Origin: an uncultured bacterium
GTDB taxonomy: Bacteria; Zixibacteria; MSB-5A5; CAIYYT01
Length of the DNA stretch: 64,000 nt
Assembly: GCA_963726455.1 (NCBI GenBank)
Contig: CAVSCK010000003.1
Span: 448,001-512,000 of the forward strand
Direction of reading: 5' to 3'
The notes under the pieces were generated by a model that was not told the origin of the DNA, searched no databases, and saw only the letters and a list, made by a program, of their open reading frames with translations. This document shows positions 1 through 9,905 of the stretch, one piece after another (the stretch's first letter is position 1; each line of letters opens with the position of its first letter). Made by a program: the position numbers and the translations under genes.

Positions 1-153
1 ACGAGCTATATCGCGTAAGGTACCTGCCGTAACCTGCAATAATAGTATTCAGTTTAGTATCCAAAGTAAGGCGCCAAGTTATTCTAACGATTCATGTGTA
101 TTGGCTAGAATAGAGTGCAGAGTCAGTCGAGTGAGATATAAAGTGGCCAGTTG

Positions 154-1308
154 TCAGATTTGCACGCCATAAGACTTGATTGCTTTCATGGTTAGCATTC
201 GCCCTTGTGGAGTGCGTTCTAGGAACCCTGCATATTCGAGACGAGGTTCAATAACCTGCTCGAGGTCCATTCGGGATGTCTGAGCCGCACTGGCAAGTGC
301 AGTGACTCCCATTGGTTCATTGTTTCGTTCCAGCAATGCCTTGACAACCCTCAAGTCGACATTGTGCAATCCATTCTCGTCAATGCCAATCAAGCTGAAC
401 CAGTAATTGACTGAGCTATTATCGAGTAGTTCGTAAGGATTTTGACAGTTACATACAGCCTGGAAGTGTCTCGTAATGCGCAAAGCTATGCGGGGATTAC
501 CGAGTGATCTTCTCGCAATTTCACGTTTAATCCAGTCCGGGATCAGAACATCGCTTCCTATTGAAAGATTCCTGGCATGTAATTCTATGACTGCCAGAGC
601 TTTCCTCTGTCCGATGTAAGCTTCAGATCCATTAGAGTGTGCGTCTATAACCTCGACGAGTTCACCTTCATTCAGAGGTTCTAATTCGATTATTATCGGG
701 AACCTGTCAAGAAATGGCTTATTGACTTCTCCCAGAATGGTAGTCGCGCCGACCATAGTAAATGGCGGGACGTCAACAATCCGCCCATCCCTGTCGATGC
801 CTTTGAAGTCTTGAAGAAGAGAGTACAGAGACTCTTCGACAACCCGTGACAACCCGTGAATTTCGTCAATAAACATGAGACAATGCCTGTTTGCTGGATT
901 CAGTAACTTGCCTATAAAGGAAAATACATCTTCTCTTGAAGACAGGTTCAAGGGGGTATAATTCGATAGTCGAACGTCCTTATTGGAGTAACGTCCTGCA
1001 TAAACACGAATCAAGCCTGCAAGCTTCGTCTTCCCTACTCCCGGTGGTCCGTAAAGCAGTGTATGTGGAAAAGTTTTGGTAGAGTGGTGACTCAATATCT
1101 GATCGTCTCCTGATTGGTTTGATTCCGGGATGGGCTTCCAGGTTCCACGATCGTCCCACAACCAATCGGAGAGGAGTATCGGCTTCGAATTGCAAGGGAC
1201 CTTGATTATGGTCGATAGTTTACACCTGGGACAACGTAATCGCTTGCCCTCAAAATGACTCGGGACTTCACAGCCCACGTCTCCACAATAGTCGCAACAT
1301 ACATACAC
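154..1308 (-). CDS. Divergent RuvB-like AAA+ ATPase with N-terminal zinc ribbon
   Basis: Walker A HTLLYGPPGVGKT, Walker B MFIDEIH, PPFTMVGATT, LDRF Arg finger, GNPRIA sensor 2, and a RuvB-type C-terminal wHTH (IEPRLEYAGFLERTPQGR). N-terminal CDYC...CPRC. Confidence 0.8.
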   Translation of the reverse strand: MYVCCDYCGDVGCEVPSHFEGKRLRCPRCKLSTIIKVPCNSKPILLSDWLWDDRGTWKPIPESNQSGDDQILSHHSTKTFPHTLLYGPPGVGKTKLAGLIRVYAGRYSNKDVRLSNYTPLNLSSREDVFSFIGKLLNPANRHCLMFIDEIHGLSRVVEESLYSLLQDFKGIDRDGRIVDVPPFTMVGATTILGEVNKPFLDRFPIIIELEPLNEGELVEVIDAHSNGSEAYIGQRKALAVIELHARNLSIGSDVLIPDWIKREIARRSLGNPRIALRITRHFQAVCNCQNPYELLDNSSVNYWFSLIGIDENGLHNVDLRVVKALLERNNEPMGVTALASAAQTSRMDLEQVIEPRLEYAGFLERTPQGRMLTMKAIKSYGVQI

Positions 1309-1315
1309 TCAACTC

Positions 1316-1344
1316 AATATAGGCAGCCATCCCATGTTAGTCAA
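1316..1344 (-). promoter_or_regulatory. Sigma70-type promoter for the RuvB-like gene (possibly leaderless mRNA)
   Basis: Minus strand TTGACT-17 nt-TATATT; predicted transcription start ~1309 lies next to the GTG at 1308. Confidence 0.5.
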
Positions 1345-1400
1345 GATGCAGTCAAGTAGGTCAAGAACGTTCAGTCTTGACGATCTCGTTGACAACGCTG

Positions 1401-3214
1401 CTACTCCCCTTCCCGGTCGATCTGCAGTACCGCGAGGAAGGCTTCCTGCGGGAGTTCGACTTTGCCGATCTGCTTCATCTTGCGTCTTGCCCTCTTTCTG
1501 GCGTTCGATCAGCTTGCGTTTGCGGGTGATGTCGCCGCCGTAGCATTTGGCGGTGACGTTCTTGCGCATGGCACGGACGGTGTCGCGCGCGACGATGCGT
1601 GAGCCGATGGCCGCCTGAATGACGACCTCGAACATCTGCCGCGGTATCAGTTCCTGCAGTTTGTGACAGAGTTTGCGCCCCCAGACCGCGGCGCGTTCCT
1701 GATGAATCAGGCACGAGAGCGCATCGACCGGCTCGGAGTTGAGCAGGATGTCGAGTTTGACCAGCTTGCTCTGGCGCATGCCGAGGAAGTCGTAATCCAG
1801 CGATGCGTAGCCGCGCGAAATCGACTTGAGCTTGTCGTGGAAATCGAAAATGATTTCGGAAAGCGGCAGATTGAAAGTCGATCGTGGCGCGCGAAGTGTC
1901 GGGATAATGCGTGTCCTTAAATTCGCCGCGACGGTCGGAGATCAGTTTCATGATGTTGCCGATGTAATCCACCGGCGTGATGATCTGCGCGGCGACGTAG
2001 GGTTCCTCGATGTATTCCACTGATCCCGGCGGCGGCATCTTGGCGGGGTTGTCGACCTTGACCAGCTCACCCTTATGGGTGTGCACGTGGTATTCGACGT
2101 TGGGAACGGTGTTGACGATGGTGCAGTTGAACTCGCGCTCGAGACGTTCGTGAATGATCTCCAGATGCAACAATCCGAGAAAGCCGCAGCGGAAACCGAA
2201 TCCGAGCGCCAGTGACGATTCGGGCTCGAAGGTCAGTGAGGCGTCGTTGAGTTTAAGTTTCTCCAATGCTTCCCGGAGTTGTTCGTAACGTTCGGTCGCG
2301 GCCGGGTAGATGCCGGAATAGACCATCGACTTGATTTCTTTGTAGCCGGGACAGGGCGCGATGCAGCCGCCGACGGCGTACGTGATCGTGTCGCCGACCT
2401 TGGCATCGGCGACCGTGCGGATGTTGCAGACGATGTAGCCGACCTCGCCGGCGGAGAGTTTGTCGGCGGGAATGCGATCCATGATCAGGTAGCCGACCTC
2501 GTCGACTTCGTACTGAATGCCGGTCGAGAAAAACTTGATCCGGTCGCCCTTCTTGACTTCGCCGTCCATCAGCCGCACATAAGGCACGGCGCCACGATAG
2601 CTGTCGAATTTGGAATCGAAGATCATCGCCTTGAGCGGCCACTGCGGATTGGCCAGCGGCGGCGGAATGCGTGTGACGATGGCTTCGAGCACCGCTTCGA
2701 TGCCGATCCCCTTCTTGGCGGACACGAGAATGATTTCCTCGCGCGGACAGCCGATCAGGTTGCAGATCGATTCGGCGACTTTCTCCGGTTCGGCGTGCGG
2801 CAGATCGATTTTATTGATCACGGGAATGATTTCGAGGTTGGCATCAAGCGCCTTGTATAGATTCGACAACGTCTGCGCCTCGATTCCCTGCGAAGCATCG
2901 ACGACCAGCAGCGCGCCCTCACAAGCGGCAATCGAGCGGGAGACTTCGTAGGAGAAATCGACATGGCCGGGCGTGTCGATCAGGTTGAGGATGTAATCCT
3001 GTTTGTCGGCGGCGCGGTATTTCATGCGGATGGCGTGCGCCTTGATGGTGATGCCGCGCTCCTGTTCCAGCGGCATGTCGTCAAGCACCTGCTTTTGCAT
3101 TTTGGACATTTCAATCGTGTGCGTGAGTTCCAGCAGGCGGTCGGCCAGCGTCGATTTGCCATGGTCGATATGGGCAATGATAGAGAAGTTGCGGATATGC
3201 TCGATGCGCTTCAT
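1401..3214 (-). CDS. lepA: Elongation factor 4 (LepA); two +1 frameshifts (~1875, ~1485), probably sequence errors
   Basis: [28 protein letters not shown] and NKID motifs. C-terminal [13 protein letters not shown] and [19 protein letters not shown] continue in shifted frames to TAG at 1401. Confidence 0.95.
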
Positions 3215-3232
3215 AGGTACAGCTTTCGCAGA

Positions 3233-4408
3233 TTACTTTTTCTGCAGATCGTTTTCGGAAGACAAAACCGGTTTGGCGATGATTTCATGCGGGTCGGCGC
3301 CGGGTTCGGTCGGTGGATCGCCGAGCCGTTCGCCATCCTCGCACTTGCGAAGGTAGATGAACGTGATCAATTGCGAACAAGTAATGATATTGAGACCGTA
3401 TGTGATAACTACAATCCAGACGACGATCAGAGTGATCAGGATTATCAGCGAGGCGATGGCCCCGCCGGTTGGTTCGGAGCCGAGATTGAATTCGAGGCCT
3501 TTGGTCGCGGAATTCATCCAGTCGATATGCGAACCGGGATAAAGCGATGTGAAGAACCGCAAGCCATCCTGAATCGGCGATAATGCGAAGTAACCGTTGG
3601 ATATGACCGTTTTGATTTTCTCCCCTGCAACCAGCGATGTCGTGAAGTTTGTCAGTTGCAGCGCGCGCATCATGAAATAGCCGAAAACGAAAATGCCGAC
3701 CTTGGCCATGATCAAGCCGATGACAGTTTGCGTAAACCAGCGCAGCGGTTGGGTCCAGATGACATTATATATATAGAACGTCACGCCGAAGGCATCCTTC
3801 TCCCTCGCCGTCACGATCGCCGGCAGTGACAGCACACCGGTGATCAGGCCGAACGCCAAAAACACAACGAACAACGACCACAGCACAAACGGCACAGCGT
3901 ACAGAATCGAGTATATGATTGGGCCGATGCCGGGAATCAAACCGACCAGTCCGATCACACCCTGAATGGCGGAAAGCACGACGATCAGAATCAATATCAG
4001 CGCGCCGGCAACCCAGAGCGGCCGCAGGTTGCTGCGCGCTTCGCGGGCAGCATCACGGCGTGCGTAGAAGGGATTGCCCTTGAGTTCTTCGAGCGCAAGT
4101 TTGGCGACGGTGAGGTTGCCGTAGTCATAGAAGGCGCCGGCGAGAACGATACCGAGAATCCAGATCACCCAGCCATACCAGTGCTCGAGGCCGAGGTGCG
4201 TGAACGGCACCAGATTGTAGGTTTCCCAGAGTTCGCCAAGAGTGCCGCGGCCTTCGACGAGCATGGCCTGGTAGGTGAAAATGAGATAGACGATGTAGCC
4301 GTAGAGCAGCGGCCGCGCCTGCGCCAGCAAGTATTTGCCGGAGAGCGCCATGCGCGGTGCTTTGAAAGTATCCCAGAAATCGTAACGGAGCGTACTTGTC
4401 TTGTTCAT
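3233..4408 (-). CDS. Polytopic membrane protein of unknown function
   Basis: About 6-7 hydrophobic segments. Start reassigned to ATG 4408 because the upstream ORF extension runs through a promoter and a repeat. Confidence 0.75.
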   Translation of the reverse strand: MNKTSTLRYDFWDTFKAPRMALSGKYLLAQARPLLYGYIVYLIFTYQAMLVEGRGTLGELWETYNLVPFTHLGLEHWYGWVIWILGIVLAGAFYDYGNLTVAKLALEELKGNPFYARRDAAREARSNLRPLWVAGALILILIVVLSAIQGVIGLVGLIPGIGPIIYSILYAVPFVLWSLFVVFLAFGLITGVLSLPAIVTAREKDAFGVTFYIYNVIWTQPLRWFTQTVIGLIMAKVGIFVFGYFMMRALQLTNFTTSLVAGEKIKTVISNGYFALSPIQDGLRFFTSLYPGSHIDWMNSATKGLEFNLGSEPTGGAIASLIILITLIVVWIVVITYGLNIITCSQLITFIYLRKCEDGERLGDPPTEPGADPHEIIAKPVLSSENDLQKK

Positions 4409-4423
4409 AATCACCCGGGGCGA

Positions 4424-4452
4424 ATGGTAGATTTGAAAAACGGTATTGTCAA
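4424..4452 (-). promoter_or_regulatory. Sigma70-type promoter for the membrane protein-lepA operon
   Basis: Minus strand TTGACA-17 nt-TACCAT. Confidence 0.6.
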
Positions 4453-4467
4453 GGAATGATTTGCGGA

Positions 4468-4497
4468 GCGCCGTCAGGAAAGGGTTCTTGACGGAGC
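4468..4497. repeat. Short palindrome, copy 1 (related copy at 6686-6713)
   Basis: GCGCCGTCAGGAA-AGGG-TTCTTGACGG; the reverse complement of 6686-6713 begins with the same 13 nt. Confidence 0.55.
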
Positions 4498-4502
4498 TGG
4501 AG

Positions 4503-4611
4503 AGTCGGGTTTCTCGTCCCGTGGTGTTGGCGATGCGTAGCAATCGACCGAAGCGCATGTAGTCTGCGGTCACTGAGATGGTAGAGAAAAGGGACTCGGA
4601 ACGCCGACCTA
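4503..4611. repeat. 109-bp structured repeat, copy 1 (REP/REPIN-like)
   Basis: Ungapped match to 6997-7105 with 14 mismatches. Ends are complementary (GTCGG.GTTTC..GTCCC / GGGAC..GGAAC.CCGAC). The minus-strand end begins GTAG. Confidence 0.85.
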
Positions 4612-4672
4612 CGGCGCTCCCAAAGGGAGAGGGAGGAAACGGAGACTCACAAGGAGAGAAGGAAGAACGGGG

Positions 4673-4701
4673 TTGCGAAATTGGATGGCGCGCACTATCT
4701 T
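4673..4701 (+). promoter_or_regulatory. Sigma70-type promoter for the dockerin/TSP3 gene
   Basis: TTGCGA-17 nt-TATCTT about 110 bp upstream of ATG 4809. Confidence 0.4.
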
Positions 4702-4808
4702 AGCAACAGACGGGTGTGGGTAACATCAGAATCAAAGGGGCTTGCCGGGCGACCCACCAAACAGGCGGGCGCAATTGGAATTTACGTGACAGGACGGAGG
4801 CAATAGCC

Positions 4809-6671
4809 ATGAAAACGGGTAAGGCATTCATGTGGGCAGCTTTCTTGGTGCTGCTGGCGCTGTGCCAGAATCTGGGAGCAGTCGACGGCAACGGTTTAGT
4901 ATCGAAGTACAACGAGGGACAAGTCAGGACGACGATCATCAGCGAACAGCCGGTGAGGGTGCAAGTCGCCAATCAGATGGAGAAGATGAGCTATGCAGAT
5001 TTTGACAAAGTTCTGAGAGAGGCAGCGGGACCCAGGTCTGTTGTCCAGTTTTTGCATCCGGCACTGGGGGATGGCGGTGGCGGGTTGATGGCGAAACTGT
5101 ATGAAAATCATGACGGGGTGTCACCGTCCGGATTGATCTTTATCTCGGGATCGAATAATTATGGTTTGAACTGGAGCGATAGCACCTGGGCAGATATGCC
5201 GGACGCGAAGTATCCCTCTCTCGACTATTGGGGATCAGGCACGCATTTCTTCGCGGCCGTAGTTCCGCCGTTGACCTTCTGGAACGGAGCGGCATTCGTG
5301 CTGATAACCATTCCCGACCCGATGAATAGAAGTACCTGGTATGCAGAGTACTCCTCCCCTGCGCCTCTGGGCTGGCATGATATGAGGATGGCGGAGATCG
5401 CCAGCGACGACGGCCAGCAAAGCTGGAACTGGGGGTTTCAATCTGCAATTATGAGCAGAACTTCGATGAGTGAAAATCTTGTTGATGCGCCATGGATCTT
5501 CGGGCTGCAAAATGGGCAACCAATGGGCAGCTATTATACTCTTTTCGAGCATTGTCTAACCACGACTGCCGATATCGATTCGTCAAACGGCAAGACCTAC
5601 GCGGTATACGATATGTACAATCCCGCGAGAGACCAGTACCGACTTTTGCTGAGACAGGATTTCCAGTACAATTGGGAGTTGTTGGCGGATGGCGCGCTGA
5701 AGGAATTCGCCGATACCAACCAGCACGTTAGATATCCGGCGGTGGCAGCCAATGACGAAAATCTGCTGGTGGTAGCGGCGACCTATCATGATGACGACTC
5801 CGCGAACAAGGATATCGTTTGCTGGTACACCGCGACGGGTGATGTTGACAGTCTGAATCATATGAGTACAATCGCTGCCGGAACTGATGCCGAGAATTAC
5901 CCGGAGCTGGCGCATCGCGCGGCGGGTGACTTCGTGTGCACCTATATCAAGCAGCGAGCGCTGTATGCGTGCTGGTCGACGGACGCGGGAGCGAGTTGGT
6001 CATCGCCCGTCAAGATAAGTTCAACCTCGGAACAGGTGGTTGAAGAATATCGCAGTGCGGACATCGGCGATGGCGGCAAGTACGTCATGTACGAATACCA
6101 GATCGTAGGCGACAGCACGGTTCATCTGGCAATCAAACCATTGATATATATGGACAGCGACGGTGACGGAATTGTCGATGGGTTGGACAATTGTCCGACA
6201 ATCGCGAATCCGACGCAGGCGGATGCTGATGCTGACGGCGTCGGAGATGCGTGCGACAACTGTCCGGGCGTTGCTAATGTTGATCAGGCGGACGCCGATG
6301 GAGATGGAATCGGCAATGCCTGTGATAATTGCACCGATACGGATGGCGACGGCTACGGCAATCCGGGATACCCGGCAAATACCTGTCCGGTCGACAACTG
6401 TCCGAATGTCGCCAATCCATTGCAGACGGATAGCAACAGCAATGGCGCCGGCGATGCGTGTGACTTTTGCGGCAATGCCGATGGCTCGGACGCGGTTGAT
6501 ATTTCCGATGTGGTGTTTCTGATCGCTTACATTTTTTCAGGTGGAGCGGCGCCGAATCCGATTACGATCGGCGATGCCAATTGCGATCTGTCGGTTGACA
6601 TCTCGGATGCGGTATACTTGATCCAGTATATTTTCAGCGGTGGTTTCGCGCCGTGCGCGGGGTGTAAGTAG
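4809..6671 (+). CDS. Secreted protein with thrombospondin type-3 repeats and C-terminal dockerin-like domain
   Basis: GGAGG RBS and signal peptide MKTGKAFMWAAFLVLLALC; repeated DxDGDGxxDxCDNCP; duplicated GDANCDxxVDISDAVYLIxYIFSGG. Confidence 0.85.
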   Translation: MKTGKAFMWAAFLVLLALCQNLGAVDGNGLVSKYNEGQVRTTIISEQPVRVQVANQMEKMSYADFDKVLREAAGPRSVVQFLHPALGDGGGGLMAKLYENHDGVSPSGLIFISGSNNYGLNWSDSTWADMPDAKYPSLDYWGSGTHFFAAVVPPLTFWNGAAFVLITIPDPMNRSTWYAEYSSPAPLGWHDMRMAEIASDDGQQSWNWGFQSAIMSRTSMSENLVDAPWIFGLQNGQPMGSYYTLFEHCLTTTADIDSSNGKTYAVYDMYNPARDQYRLLLRQDFQYNWELLADGALKEFADTNQHVRYPAVAANDENLLVVAATYHDDDSANKDIVCWYTATGDVDSLNHMSTIAAGTDAENYPELAHRAAGDFVCTYIKQRALYACWSTDAGASWSSPVKISSTSEQVVEEYRSADIGDGGKYVMYEYQIVGDSTVHLAIKPLIYMDSDGDGIVDGLDNCPTIANPTQADADADGVGDACDNCPGVANVDQADADGDGIGNACDNCTDTDGDGYGNPGYPANTCPVDNCPNVANPLQTDSNSNGAGDACDFCGNADGSDAVDISDVVFLIAYIFSGGAAPNPITIGDANCDLSVDISDAVYLIQYIFSGGFAPCAGCK

Positions 6672-6685
6672 GGAGACGACGAAAT

Positions 6686-6713
6686 GCCGTTAGGAATGGA
6701 TTCCTGACGGCGC
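6686..6713. repeat. Short palindrome, copy 2; possible terminator of the upstream gene
   Basis: GCCGTTAGGAA-TGGA-TTCCTGACGGC 15 bp after the stop codon. Confidence 0.5.
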
Positions 6714-6756
6714 AAGGAAGCAAGTCCTGCCGTAGCTTCCGAGCACGTCACTGTGT

Positions 6757-6838
6757 TGCGTCGGTTCCTGATTTCGCGCGGCCCTTCGCAACGCAGTAAC
6801 ACCAACGATCCCCCAGCGCGAAATTGTGAACCGACGCA
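6757..6838. repeat. Long imperfect inverted repeat
   Basis: TGCGTCGGTTC-CTG-ATTTCGCGC ... GCGCGAAAT-TGT-GAACCGACGCA. Confidence 0.7.
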
Positions 6839-6963
6839 TCTCGGCTTTACAGAACAGAAACTCTTGAGGCAGTCATAACTGGAGCTGCCATGCTGACGAT
6901 CTTTTCGACATGGAAGTTGCTAGACTGATTCGCGGCAGGACCTGACGCAACAGAAATCTGGTT

Positions 6964-6994
6964 CGGGCAGGAAGTGATTTCTGCCCGCGCTTTT
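6964..6994 (+). terminator. Hairpin with T tract abutting repeat copy 2
   Basis: CGGGCAGGAA-GTGA-TTTCTGCCCG followed by CGCTTTT. Confidence 0.45.
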
Positions 6995-6996
6995 GA

Positions 6997-7105
6997 AGTC
7001 GGGTTTCTCGTCCCGTGGTGTTGGCAAAGCGTTGCAGGAGACCGAAGCGCAGGTAGTCTGCGGGTAATGAGATGATGGCGAGAAGGGACTCGGAACGCCG
7101 ACCTA
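6997..7105. repeat. 109-bp structured repeat, copy 2
   Basis: Direct repeat of 4503-4611, ~87% identical, ungapped. Confidence 0.85.
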
Positions 7106-7452
7106 AAACCATTGACATGAAGGACAGCATCTACGGAACTCTGCGACATGCACAGATGGAATGTCATTTCTGTGTCACGGAATAAAGGGATGGGCGATGC
7201 GGGAAATGCCTGTATTTTCTGCAATTCAGGAGCGCGGTCGGTAAGATCACGCGCATCTTTAGGTTAGCGTTTGCTAACTGAAATGACCGAAAAGATATAG
7301 GGAACTTGAGCCAAAACGCGGGAGGCATATTTTCAAAAAAGACTTGACAATTTCAGGCCTGTTATTTAATTGCGCGCTATTTGGTGGGTGACTGAGGAGA
7401 AAGCATTTGTGAAGGAAATCACATTGTCGGCCACCCTGGAGTTGCAGATTAG

Positions 7453-7812
7453 ATGAGCATCAATAGCTTCGCACCAGTCGGAATTTTCATGGTTCTGGGA
7501 TTGGTGTTTGTGGTTGTCACCGTCTGGATCGCGAAATTCATCCGCCCGCACAGACCCTCCGAGGAAAAACTGAACAACTACGAGTGCGGCGAACCACCGA
7601 TCGGTTCGGCCTGGATTCAGTTCAATCCGAGGTTCTATATTTTCGCGCTGATCTTCGTGATCTTTGACGTCGAAGTGGTATTCCTCTTCCCGTGGGCGGT
7701 GGCGTACAAGTCGCTCGGCATTTTCGCGCTGATCGAGATGCTTATCTTTATCGCGATATTACTGGTGGGGCTGTATTGGGCGTGGAAGAAAGGTATTCTT
7801 AAATGGGTGTAA
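7453..7812 (+). CDS. nuoA: NADH-quinone oxidoreductase subunit A
   Basis: [22 protein letters not shown] and KKGILKW motifs. Confidence 0.95.
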   Translation: MSINSFAPVGIFMVLGLVFVVVTVWIAKFIRPHRPSEEKLNNYECGEPPIGSAWIQFNPRFYIFALIFVIFDVEVVFLFPWAVAYKSLGIFALIEMLIFIAILLVGLYWAWKKGILKWV

Positions 7813-8324
7813 TCTCCAAGGTGCCGGTGATCGTGGAACGCGTTCCCGGCGGCGCCATTGTTGCGACTTCGCTGGAGAAAGTCCTCAACATCACACGCGC
7901 TTCGTCGATGTGGTACCTTCTGTTCGGGACGGCCTGTTGCGCCATCGAGATGATGTGCACGGGCGCGTCGCGCTATGATTTTGATCGATTCGGCATGTTT
8001 TTCCGCGCGTCGCCACGTCAGGCCGACCTGATGTTCGTCGCCGGAACCATAACCTATAAGATGGCCCCGCGCGTAAAGCGGCTGTATGAGCAGATGGCGG
8101 AACCGCGCTATGTGATCGCGATGGGCGGTTGTGCGGTCGGCGGTGGGCCGTTCTATTATGATTCGTATGCCGTGCTCAAGGGCGTTGATTTGATTATCCC
8201 TGTCGATGTATACCTTCCCGGCTGTCCACCAAGACCGGAGTCGTTGATGGAGGCCTGTATCAAGCTGCAAGAGAAGATCAAGCGCGAGAAGTTGCAGGAT
8301 TGGAGTTCCGACAAGCGTGGCTGA
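7803..8324 (+). CDS. nuoB: NADH-quinone oxidoreductase subunit B
   Basis: [16 protein letters not shown] and [10 protein letters not shown] motifs. Confidence 0.95.
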   Translation: MGVISKVPVIVERVPGGAIVATSLEKVLNITRASSMWYLLFGTACCAIEMMCTGASRYDFDRFGMFFRASPRQADLMFVAGTITYKMAPRVKRLYEQMAEPRYVIAMGGCAVGGGPFYYDSYAVLKGVDLIIPVDVYLPGCPPRPESLMEACIKLQEKIKREKLQDWSSDKRG

Positions 8325-8796
8325 TTGGGATACCATGATCAAGCTGCTTGTCGACAAGTTCTCATCTTCCGTCGAGGCGATCGAGCTATCCCCCAAGCAG
8401 AATGCGGTGCAAATCGATCCGAAGATCGTGGTACCGTTTTTCGAATTTCTCTATTCACATCCAGAACTGAAAATGACGTACCTGTCGTCGATCTCGGGCG
8501 TGGATACGACGACCAATATCGATATCGTTTATTTTGTGTCTTCACTGGAATACAAGCATAAGCTGACAGTCCGCACTAAAGTCGACCGCCTCGGCGGCAA
8601 GATTGACACGATATCCAGCGTGATCAAGGGCGCCAACTGGTTCGAGCGCGAGATCTGGGAATTGTTCGGCGTGGATTTCGTCGGGCATCCGAATTTGAAG
8701 CAGTTCCTGCTTCCGGATGACTGGGATGAAGGCAATCCGATGCTCCGTGACTGGACAGGACGGAATTTCGTGAAGATGCCGGAGATTGGCGGATGA
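8317..8796 (+). CDS. nuoC: NADH-quinone oxidoreductase subunit C
   Basis: [20 protein letters not shown] motif. Confidence 0.92.
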   Translation: MADWDTMIKLLVDKFSSSVEAIELSPKQNAVQIDPKIVVPFFEFLYSHPELKMTYLSSISGVDTTTNIDIVYFVSSLEYKHKLTVRTKVDRLGGKIDTISSVIKGANWFEREIWELFGVDFVGHPNLKQFLLPDDWDEGNPMLRDWTGRNFVKMPEIGG

Positions 8797-9905
8797 GAGA
8801 ACCCGCGGGCGCATACACCGAGGAATTCGAAGTCAACATGGGGCCGCAGCACCCGTCAACGCACGGCGTGCTACGATTGAAACTGGTGATGGACGGCGAG
8901 TATATCAAGGACGCCGAGCCACATATCGGATACCTCCATCGCGCCATCGAAAAGATATGCGAGAATCGGACGTACGCACAGTGCATTCCGATCCTTGACC
9001 GCTTTGAGTACGTGACATCGATGTCGACGGAAGAGGTATTCTGCCTGGCGTCGGAACGAATCGCCGGAATCGAAGTTCCGGAGCGCGCCGAGTATCTGCG
9101 CGTGATTATGCTGGAGCTCGACCGGATTGCCTCGCATCTGATCTTTCTCGGGACATTCTCGCTGGATTTGGGCGCGATCACGCCATTCCTTTATTGCCTG
9201 CGCGAACGCGAGATGATCATGGATCTGTTCGAGATGACGAGCGGACAGCGGTTGACGTACAATTACATTCGTATCGGCGGCGTAGCTCACGATATTCCTG
9301 AGCAGTTCTTACCGCTGGCGCGCAAGTTTGTGGACACGTTCCAGGCACGCGTCGATGATTATGAAGCGATACTGACACAGAATCCGATTTTCCTGGCGCG
9401 AACCAAGGATGTCGGCATTGTAAACAAGCAAGTCTGTTTGGATTATGCGGCGTCCGGCCCGGTGCTGAGAGCAGCGGGTGTTGACTGGGATTTGCGCCGC
9501 GACGATCCCTATTCGATATATAATCGTTTCAAGTTCGAGATTCCGACCGGCACCGTCGGCGACGTTTGGGATCGCTACATGGTGCGCGTGAAGGAAATGC
9601 GGCAGTCGAACGAGATCGTGCGGCAGGCGCTGGACCAGTTGCCGGAGGGCGAAATCAAGGCCAAGACGAAGCCGAGTTTCAAACCACCGGTGGGTGAGAT
9701 ATATGTGCGCGTCGAGAATTCGCGAGGTGAGATGGGCTGCCATCTTATTTCCGATGGTTCGGCAAAGCCCTATCGGCTGAAATTGAGAGGCGGATCGTTC
9801 TGCCATACACAATTGATTCCCGAAGTCGCCAAGGGTCTGATGATAGCCGACCTCGTAGCGACATTTGCCTCCCTGGACGTGATTCTGCCAGAGGTTGATC
9901 GATGA
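8793..9905 (+). CDS. nuoD: NADH-quinone oxidoreductase subunit D
   Basis: NMGPQHPSTHGVLRL, GYLHR and terminal EVDR; no NiFe-binding CxxC motifs. Confidence 0.95.
   Translation: MREPAGAYTEEFEVNMGPQHPSTHGVLRLKLVMDGEYIKDAEPHIGYLHRAIEKICENRTYAQCIPILDRFEYVTSMSTEEVFCLASERIAGIEVPERAEYLRVIMLELDRIASHLIFLGTFSLDLGAITPFLYCLREREMIMDLFEMTSGQRLTYNYIRIGGVAHDIPEQFLPLARKFVDTFQARVDDYEAILTQNPIFLARTKDVGIVNKQVCLDYAASGPVLRAAGVDWDLRRDDPYSIYNRFKFEIPTGTVGDVWDRYMVRVKEMRQSNEIVRQALDQLPEGEIKAKTKPSFKPPVGEIYVRVENSRGEMGCHLISDGSAKPYRLKLRGGSFCHTQLIPEVAKGLMIADLVATFASLDVILPEVDR

Noticed and set aside
1401-3214. lepA pseudogene or programmed frameshifting
   Set aside because: The protein sequence is fully conserved across the breaks, there are no slippery heptamers, and the same +1 pattern recurs across the window.
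4409-4573. N-terminal ORF extension of the membrane protein, and similar short ORFs at 6847-7224
   Set aside because: Their shared peptide (ANTTGRETRL) is simply the translated 109-bp repeat.
4613-4670. CsrA/Rsm-binding sRNA (several GGA motifs)
   Set aside because: The GGAs lie in a purine-rich tract without clear stem-loops or a terminator.
4503-7105. Integron attC sites flanking a cassette
   Set aside because: No RYYYAAC/GTTRRRY core ends, the gene has its own promoter, and no integrase is present.
8793-9905. Group 4 NiFe hydrogenase large subunit
   Set aside because: It lacks both CxxC nickel-binding motifs and has the NuoD quinone-site motifs.
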